Shown piece by piece: positions 18,146-25,105 of a stretch of 32,000 nt of DNA. Origin of the DNA: Mycoplasmoides pneumoniae FH (GTDB taxonomy: Bacteria > Bacillota_I > Bacilli_A > Mycoplasmatales > Mycoplasmoidaceae); the NCBI RefSeq assembly GCF_001272835.1, contig NZ_CP010546.1, positions 542,809 through 574,808 on the forward strand, in the 5' to 3' direction. How positions within the stretch are numbered: position 1 is the stretch's first letter; each line of letters opens with the position of its first letter. The position numbers and the translations under genes are program-made. The notes under the pieces are model-generated. The model saw nothing but the letters and a program-made list of their open reading frames with translations. It did not search any database and had not been told where the DNA came from.

Positions 18146-20305
18146 ATAGGTCTATGGATTAATTACCTCACCCCCTACACGCCCTTTACGACACCGCTCA
18201 ATGGGGGGCTGGATGTCGTGCGCGCCGCCCATTTACACCCCTCATACGAACTCGTGGACTGAAAGCGGGTGGGACAGAACAAGTTGGTGGCGCTGGTCCG
18301 CTCAGCGTTGGTCAGGGTGAAGTTTCAAGATAGTTCGAGCCAACAAGGCACTGAGAGTAATGGCCAAGACCAAAATGCCCTTAGTTTTGATACCACCAAG
18401 TCCCAACAAGTCTTACAGCAAGCTGGCGATCAATCAGGAACTTCATCTAACTCCACCCAAGAAGACTTCGCCAGCTACATCCTCATCTTTAAAGCCGCGC
18501 CCAGGGCCACGTGGGTGTTTGAACGCAAGATTAAGTTGGCGTTGCCCTACGTTAAGCAGGAAAGTCAGGGTTCCGACGATCAAGGTTCCAATGGTAAGGG
18601 CTCCCTCTACAAAACCCTCCAAGACCTCCTCGTCGAACAACCCGTGACCCCTTACACCCCGAATGCGGGGTTAGTCCGGGTGAATGGGGTTGCTCAGGAT
18701 ACGGTTCATTTTGGTTCGGGTCAAGAATCGAGTTGGAATTCCCAACGTTCCCAAAAAGGCCTTAAAAACAACCCCGGACCCAAAGCCGTCACCGGCTTTA
18801 AGCTCGATAAGGGCCGCGCGTACCAGAAGTTAAATGAAGCTTGACCGGTGTATGAACCCCTGGATTCGACGAAGGAGGGGAAGGAGAAAAACGAATCGGA
18901 GTGGAAGTCTTCCGGGGCGAGTGAGGCAAAAAATGATGCCCCGTTGGTGGGATCAACCGGGAGTCAAATGGCTGCTGTTACAGACAATCAGCAATCAGGT
19001 GATAACAATGGATTGGTATCGCTTGCACAGCGCTCCACTACTGTTGCTGTCCAAAAAAGTGACTCTTCTGGTTCTCAAGGCCAAGGCACAACCGACAACA
19101 AATTCCAAAAATATTTAAACACCACCCAGGCCCTGCACCAGATGGGGGTGATAGTGCCATCTTTGGAAACGTGACCTGGTAAACCAAGTACTGGAATCGC
19201 TACCCGTGCTGCTGGTGGTGTTTCAGTCCAAGCAGCGACCCGGCAATCGACTTCTACAAATGAAGATTTGTCGAATGTAATAACACAGCTTTATCATACC
19301 TCCACGTCCCAACTCGCTTACTTAAATGGCCAGATAGTTGTGATGGGCTCAGACCGGGTACCGAGTTTGTGGTATTGGGTCGTGGATGAGCGAACCACGT
19401 CCGGGAGGGCGACTTGATGAGCCCACACCGAGCTCAACTGGGGCACCGACAAGCAGAAGCAGTTTGTCGAAAACCAGTTGGGGTTTAAAGATGACTCAAA
19501 TTCGGATTCCAAAAATTCGAATTTGAAGGCCCAAGGCCTCACCCAACCCGCCTACCTCATCGCCGGTCTTGACGTTGTGGCCGACCACCTCGTCTTTGCG
19601 GCCTTCAAAGCGGGGGCAGTGGGGTATGATATGACGACTGATTCGAACGCTTCCACCAAAGACCAAGTGCTCGCCTGGTCGACCACGGCCGGATTGGACA
19701 GTGATGGGGGGTACAAGGCCTTGGTGGAAAACACGGCCGGATTGAACGGACCGATTAATGGCTTGTTTACCCTGTTAGACACCTTTGCCTATGTGACCCC
19801 GGTGAGTGGGATGAAAGGGGGGAGTAAGAATACGGAGGCAGTGCAAACCAAGTATCCCGTTAAGGATGATAGTAAGGCGAGTGCCAAAATTGCTTCCTTA
19901 ATTAATGCCAGTCCACTCAACAGTTATGGGGATGATGGCGTGACCGTGTTTGATGCCCTGGGCCTTAACTTTAACTTTAAGTTGGACGAGGCGCGCTTGC
20001 CATCGCGCACCGACCAACTGCTTGTGTATGGGATTGTAAACGAAAGTGAACTGAAGTCCGCGCGCGAAAATGCCCAGTCGACATCCGATGATAATTCAAA
20101 CACCAAAGTCAAGTGAACCAACACCGCCTCGCACTACCTCCCCGTGCCGTATTACTACAGTGCCAATTTCCCCGAAGCGGGTAACAGGAGAAGAGCGGAG
20201 CAGCGGAATGGGGTGATAACAATAAAAAAAGCCATCTACCCAGAGGTAAGAGGCAGACAGCTCCAAAATATTTTTGACGATTGGAAAACTAACAAAAGCC
20301 GTTAG
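18146..20305 (+). repeat. RepMP5-type cassette: 720-codon open frame homologous to the N-terminal two-thirds of ORF6 (the P40/P90 precursor of the P1 operon)
   Basis: The frame is open from 18146 and reads ..LTPYTPFTTPLNGGLDVVRAAHLHPSYELVDWKRVGQNKLVALVRSALVRVKF.. It continues ..ILIFKAAPRATWVFERKIKLALPYVKQESQG..WPVYEPLDSTKEGK..QALHQMGVIVP.. and ..LAYLNGQIVVMGSDRVPSLWYWVV..NWGTDKQKQFVENQLGFKDDSNSDSKNSNLKAQGLTQPAYLIAGLDVVADHLVFAAFKAGAVGYDMTTD.. It ends ..KVKWTNTASHYLPVPYYYSANFPEAGNRRRAEQRNGV. Homology ends near 20213 and the frame runs on to TAG at 20303-20305. There is no in-frame ATG near the 5' end. Confidence 0.88.
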
Positions 20306-20701
20306 TTTGATGTAGAGGCAAAACTATGAATTCACTAAATTTATTTAAATCAGCGGGAGCAGGCTCGTTTTTTCAACACAAGTCACTCTGCCTGCTCCCA
20401 CTAAATAAATTGAGACAGATTTTCAAAGTAGCCAAAGAGTTTGAATATTTTTGCAATTTGGGTTTTTAATACCTTCTAACTATTAATAGGAACTTTTCTT
20501 ATTAATAAGAACTTTTTTGAAAAAAGTTTTGAAGTTGTTTTGGTGTCTTTACTAACTTTAAGCAATTTAGTTAGTGTAAGCACAAAGACTCGTTATGTGT
20601 AATGTTTTTATTAATTTAGCAAAACAGCTGAACTTAGTTGGCAGCAGTGCTGCAAGTTTTAGTGACTTTTCAAACCTTGCAAAGAAAGGAGGTATTACTT
20701 A

Positions 20702-21232
20702 ATGAAAGAGAAAATTCCGTTTTATAACGAAAAAGAATTCCATGACATGGTGAAAAAGACCAAAAAGGGCACTTTTTCAGGTTGATACATCATTAATCCA
20801 GAAAACAACAGTGTGGAATTCTCTGGCAAATTCAACAGACAATTTAAACTTAACAAACCGGTTATACCAGTGAACACGGAATACGTAACGCGTAAAGAGT
20901 TCAACGAGTACAAAAACTCAAACAACCAACGACTTACAAAGATTGAAACCACTTTGGCCGCCCAAGGTGAACAAATCAACAAATTGACTCAAACTGTTGA
21001 AAAACAGGGCGAGCAAATCAATCAATTAGTTCAAGTTGTGCTTCTTCACGGCGAGCAAATTAACAAACTGACTCAAACTGTTGAAAAACAGGGCGAGCAA
21101 ATTAGAGAACTTCAAGTAGAGCAAAAATTTCAGGGTGAACAAATAAAAGCTCAAGGAAAAACGCTTAAGTCGATCCTACAAGCGCTTGGAGGAATAAATA
21201 AACGCTTGGACAAAATTGATCCACCTAAATAG
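20702..21232 (+). CDS. DUF16/UPF0134-family coiled-coil protein, 176 aa
   Basis: ATG at 20702, preceded by AAAGGAGG 9 nt upstream. The N-terminus is [28 protein letters not shown](TGA)[44 protein letters not shown], followed by five GEQI-phased 14-residue repeats. This is the typical architecture of the M. pneumoniae multigene family. TAG stop at 21230-21232. Confidence 0.9.
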
Positions 21233-21255
21233 TTTTTGGGATAATAACAAAAGTG

Positions 21256-21301
21256 CCAGCAGTTAATCTTAAAGATTAATTGCTGGTATTTTCATTCATT
21301 T
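21256..21301 (+). terminator. Intrinsic terminator after the DUF16 gene (copy 1 of a repeated terminator-like motif)
   Basis: CCAGCAGTTAATCTT pairs with AAGATTAATTGCTGG (15 bp, one G-U pair), followed by tattttcattcattt. Confidence 0.7.
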
Positions 21302-21364
21302 GAAATGAACAAAAAAGCCATCCTATCAAAGGTGAAAGATGGACGGCTAATGAATTGAAATCAA

Positions 21365-22123
21365 TTACTTAATTAAATATTCCAAGTAAATAAAGAGATT
21401 AATATTTGATGAGTAGCCTTCTGTATTATTAGCAAAGGTACTTAAAAATTTGTTCACACTTTTTTGACTAACATCATCTTTGCCTTTTAACGAAAATTTA
21501 AGTGAAGCGCTAAACTCAATTCACTCTAAATTTCTTGTAGTTTCTTTCCCACCAATAGTTGTAGAGTTGTCTTCTTCAGTTTTAAAGTTTGCAATTGTAA
21601 ATGATTTTTTGGCATCAGGTTTGATTTTAAGGAAAAGATCAAAATAATGCTTATCACCTTTCTTAGCAGTGAAACCACCTGAAGAATAATCTCCAAATCA
21701 ATTAAAGGTATAGCTTAACTTATCCTCAACTGACAAATCCTTAAAACTTTGGTATGTCATCTGGAAATGTTCAATCTTTCGCTCCATCGTAAAAGGATCC
21801 TTGCTTGCGGGATAAATTACATCGTCAAAATCAAAATCTGGAATACCTAATTTACCCTCTTCAAAAATCTGTTTTCAAGCATCTAACAACAATTTTGTTG
21901 TATCTCTCGGATTAACTTCGTAAGACTTTTTTAAAGAAGCTATTATGTTCTTTTTGCCTTCTTTAGTTTTAATTGCTTTAGACAAATCAATGTCTTTACC
22001 AGTGGTTTCTTTAATAAGATTTCTAAGATCTGCTTGGATACCAGTGCAAGCACTTAACAATGTTCCACATAATAAAAATAGAGAACTAAAGGAAATCCTT
22101 GACAACAATCTCTTTTTGCGCAT
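21365..22123 (-). CDS. Putative lipoprotein, 252 aa (paralogous M. pneumoniae lipoprotein-type N-terminus)
   Basis: ATG at 22123. The signal peptide and lipobox are [26 protein letters not shown]. Track ORF 21875..22123 continues through three or more TGA codons (..[24 protein letters not shown]..) to TAA at 21365-21367. The total is 759 nt, a multiple of 3. Confidence 0.8.
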
Positions 22124-22519
22124 AAACAGTAAAAATAACTCTTTGATTTTGCTTTTTTTTGGAAAATCCTTTTGAATAAGAGGAAACTAATTGAAATTTC
22201 GGGTTTAACATTAGTTAAAAAAATGAAATTTCTAATTATTTATATAACAACTATCTACTGATAAACGTCTCGATCTGAGTAGTTCTAATAATTACCAATT
22301 GTTGGTATTTTTATTCATTTAATGCTTTCTAAAAACTTTTTTTTGCAATTTTGTTTGCACTTCTCAATAAGCCGGTCAATTTATTTAGTGGAGGAACAAA
22401 ATGCAAATCTTTTATTTTTTGAATTGATCAGCAAAGCGTCTGATCCCTGTTGGCAACCGAGTTGCAAGTGTTAGTTATTTTTTAAAAAATCAAAAGAAAA
22501 AAGAAAGGAACATTTAAAC

Positions 22520-22726
22520 ATGAAAAAAGTTAAAGCATTAAGGAATCTTTTTCTAGAAAAAGCCAGTGAAAAACTTGAATACCCCAAAATTGCTTCAATG
22601 GTAGCTTACTTTGATCCAAAGGAAGATGATACTTGTGAATTCATTATGAAAATTAAAACTGTCAATGAAGTTGTTGACACTGAGACGACAAATAAAGAAA
22701 AGCCTTTAGGCACTTGAAAGAGTTAG
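22520..22726 (+). CDS. Small hypothetical protein, 68 aa
   Basis: ATG at 22520 with AAAGGAA 13 nt upstream. The frame reads through TGA at 22715-22717 to TAG at 22724-22726. A hairpin terminator follows 32 nt downstream. I recognise no family. Confidence 0.45.
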
Positions 22727-22757
22727 TTGATTTTTTGGTCTAAAAAGACATAAATTT

Positions 22758-22800
22758 ACCAACGGTAAGTGTTAAAACTTGCTGTTGGTATTTTTATTTC
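22758..22800 (+). terminator. Intrinsic terminator (copy 3 of the repeated motif), abutting the RepMP2/3 cassette
   Basis: ACCAACGGTAAGT-gttaaa-ACTTGCTGTTGGT forms a 13-bp stem with two G-U pairs, followed by atttttatttc. Confidence 0.65.
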
Positions 22801-23488
22801 TCCCCCACGCTTTCCCGTTTCTCCACCGGGTTCAACCTCGCGGGGGCACTCCTTGACCAGGTGTTGGATTATATTCCCTGGATTGGGAATGGGTACAGGT
22901 ATGGGAATGGATATAAGGGGGTCGCTGGAGCGGGTCACAGCGCCACCAACGGCTCGCCGGCGGGCAACACAAGTTCCACCACGCAGTCCAATGATGTTGC
23001 ACCCACTTTTAGCAATGTCGGCGTTGGTCTCAAAGCGAATGTCCAGGGCACGCTTGGTGACAGTCAGACGACGACTGTGGGTGGCCATCAATGACCCACC
23101 CTCGACCCAGCCAACCTCCAGCTCTGAACCGGCGCGGGGTGAAGGAATGATTCAAAGACGCAAAATAATACTACGACCAACGAAAACCACACCAAGTTCG
23201 CGAGTGCTACGGGCAGTGGTCAGCAGCAGGGTTCCACAACAACTACCTCCGCCGGCAACCCCGACTCGTTAAAGCAGGATAAGGCTGATAAAAGTGGTAA
23301 TTCGATCAGTGTTCAAGAAGCCACATCGGGCGACAACTTGACCAACTACACCAACCTCCCCCCCCAACCTCACCCCCACATCCGACTGACCGAACGCTTT
23401 GAGCTTCACCAACAAGAACAACGCCCAGCGCGCCCAGCTGTTACTCCGCGGCCTGTTGGGCAGCATCCCGGTGTTGGTGAATAATTAA
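22795..23488 (+). pseudogene. RepMP2/3-type cassette (homologous to the central/C-terminal part of P1), frameshifted at a C8 tract
   Basis: It reads [123 protein letters not shown]. After the C8 run at 23358-23365, P1-like sequence ([40 protein letters not shown]) continues only in the +1 frame, to TAA at 23486-23488. There is no start codon or signal peptide. Confidence 0.85.
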
Positions 23489-23510
23489 TTTAAGGTCAAA
23501 TAAAGCAATA

Positions 23511-23538
23511 AAAAAAGGATCCAAACAGATCCTTTTTC
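23511..23538. terminator. Bidirectional terminator shared by the RepMP2/3 cassette (+) and rnpB (-)
   Basis: AAAAAGGATC-caaaca-GATCCTTTTT is a perfect 10-bp stem flanked by an A-run and a T-run. Confidence 0.7.
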
Positions 23539-23540
23539 AA

Positions 23541-23881
23541 ATAGAACGCTGCCAATAAGCCATGTTCTGTTTTAAAGTCAGTTATTTATCTACAGTAATC
23601 CTGTCATTACTTTAATTATTTTTCTTAAAGTAACATTCCCTTACCAAAATTTAGGTTTCTTGCTTGTGGAGTTTACCGCGTTTCATACTTAGTTTTCACT
23701 AAGCTCGTCTCTGTGGTACTTTACGGACATCATCATAGTCAAAGACCTTAGACTAGTCCAGTCGTGACGTCTATTAGCGTCCTAAATCTTATTTGTTCAA
23801 TTTACACAAACACTACTTGCGTTCCAGCAAGTGCAAGCATGGACTTTCCTCTACTCATTGAGCAGCAACTGACCGACAGCG
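23541..23881 (-). ncRNA. rnpB: RNase P RNA (type B); ends approximate
   Basis: The minus strand contains the universally conserved GAGGAAAGTCCATGC (reverse complement of 23836-23850). It also contains GTAAACTCCACAAGCAAGAAACC and, near the 3' end, ACAGAACATGGCTTA. The 5' GCTGC(T)CAA can pair with the 3' TTGGCAGC. A TATAAT lies 7 nt upstream of the proposed 5' end and a terminator lies at the 3' end. Confidence 0.85.
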
Positions 23882-23885
23882 GCTA

Positions 23886-23897
23886 AAATTATAATTT
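23886..23897. promoter_or_regulatory. 12-bp perfect palindrome AAATTATAATTT giving a TATAAT -10 box on both strands (rnpB leftward, ssrA rightward)
   Basis: TATAAT on the plus strand lies at 23890-23895, 9 nt before the tmRNA 5' G at 23905. TATAAT on the minus strand is the reverse complement of 23888-23893, ~7 nt before the proposed rnpB 5' end. Confidence 0.55.
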
Positions 23898-23904
23898 GAG
23901 CGTT

Positions 23905-24291
23905 GGGGATGTAGAGGTTTTGACATAATGTTGAAAGGAAAACAGTGGCAGTGGGGTATGCCCCTTACAGCTCTAGGTATAATAACCGACAAAAATAACG
24001 ACGAAGTTTTGGTAGATCCAATGTTGATCGCTAACCAACAAGCAAGTATCAACTACGCTTTCGCTTAGAACATACTAAAGCTACACGAATTGAATCGCCA
24101 TAGTTTGGTTCGTGTCACAGTTTATGGCTCGGGGTTAACTGGTTCAACTTAATCCTTAAATTATGAACTTATCGTTTACTTGTTTGTCTTATGATCTAAA
24201 GTAAGCGAGACATTAAAACATAAGACTAAACTGTAGAAGCTGTTTTACCAATCCTTTATGGAAACGGGTTCGATTCCCGTCATCTCCACCA
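23905..24291 (+). ncRNA. ssrA: tmRNA (SsrA), 387 nt
   Basis: The 5' GGGGATG pairs with the 3' CATCTCC followed by ACCA, including a G3:U wobble pair (the alanine identity element). The T arm is GGGTTCGATTCCC. The internal tag reading frame is GAC AAA AAT AAC GAC GAA GTT TTG GTA GAT CCA ATG TTG ATC GCT AAC CAA CAA GCA AGT ATC AAC TAC GCT TTC GCT TAG, which gives DKNNDEVLVDPMLIANQQASINYAFA*. Confidence 0.95.
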
Positions 24292-24311
24292 TTAACAACG
24301 CAAGTTGACCA

Positions 24312-24338
24312 AACCTTCCTTCGGGAAGGTTTTTTATT
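24312..24338 (+). terminator. Intrinsic terminator after ssrA
   Basis: AACCTTCC-ttcg-GGAAGGTT followed by TTTTTATT. It overlaps the stop codon of the convergent minus-strand gene. Confidence 0.8.
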
Positions 24339-25065
24339 GCTTACGTTTGCGACAAAAAATGGCCTTAGCGCGTTGCTTGTTTCAGTTAAAGGCAAACAGT
24401 CCTAAAAAAGGCAATTCATACACCACAAGCGTAATACATAAAGCGGTGGCAAACGCTCCTAGTTGGTTTAAGCGCGAACTAAAAACGTTGTCTTTGTGAG
24501 AAATCCGAAAGAACAGTGACAGGTTAGGATTACTTTTTAGTTGCGTTGTCGTACGCGGGAAAAAGTGTTGGTCCGATAACACCAAAAAGAGCAACATCAA
24601 CGCAATTCAAAAGCAATAAGCGACCACACTAAAGTAAAAACCAGTACTAAAAATGACCCGTTCTCACTTAGTGATTTGACTCTTAATAAACAACGAAATT
24701 GCTCAGCGGTAACCCAAAAAGATCATTAAAAACAAGCTAAAGAGGCCCAACGCTAGAATGGCAATACCAAAGCTGCTAATCGAATACACAAAGTTAGCGT
24801 TAAAGATGTCAGCTGGCTTTTTGACATTTCAAAACAAGTAAAAACCACTAATGCCCTGGTTTTGATCGTTTAAGGTAAACTGCTCGGTGTGAAAGATACC
24901 CACCAAGAACATCACTGCTGTCACAAAAAAAGACAGCAAGAACAAAAAGTAAGCAGCGGTATCTAACAGACCAAAACGGCTGTAGAAGAGGTACTGACTG
25001 TGTTTGGAAGCAACTTCGTATTCAACGGTATTAATTTCGGTGAGTTTATCGTTGATCTTACTCAT
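24334..25065 (-). CDS. Hypothetical membrane protein, 243 aa
   Basis: The probable start is MSKINDKLTEINTVEYEV at 25065; the track ORF's upstream Met at 25143 would overlap pepP. Hand translation passes TGA codons at 24829-24831 and 24382-24384, plus three internal ones, to reach TAA at 24334-24336. There are several hydrophobic segments. Confidence 0.7.
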
Positions 25066-25105
25066 CCAACCACCGCCGCTAGCAACGTTCTTTTTCTTGT
25101 TAGTC

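Noticed and set aside
20398-22391. The DUF16-lipoprotein segment as a recombinase-driven invertible phase switch, bounded by the 16-bp inverted core.
   Set aside because: There is no recombinase or invertase gene in the window. Each gene keeps more than 250 bp of its own upstream DNA inside the segment, so inversion would not obviously switch expression. A single 16-bp inverted match is marginal statistically. I kept it only as a low-confidence observation.
22756-23466. ORFs 22756..23091 (-), 22769..23272 (+, 167 aa) and 23269..23466 (-).
   Set aside because: These are alternative frames of the RepMP2/3 cassette. The P1-like frame is the one beginning at 22798/22861.
23855-24395. ORFs 23855..24052 (-), 24213..24395 (-) and 24305..24499 (+).
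   Set aside because: The first two overlap the tmRNA gene on the opposite strand. The third is antisense to the 243-aa membrane protein gene and spans the ssrA terminator.
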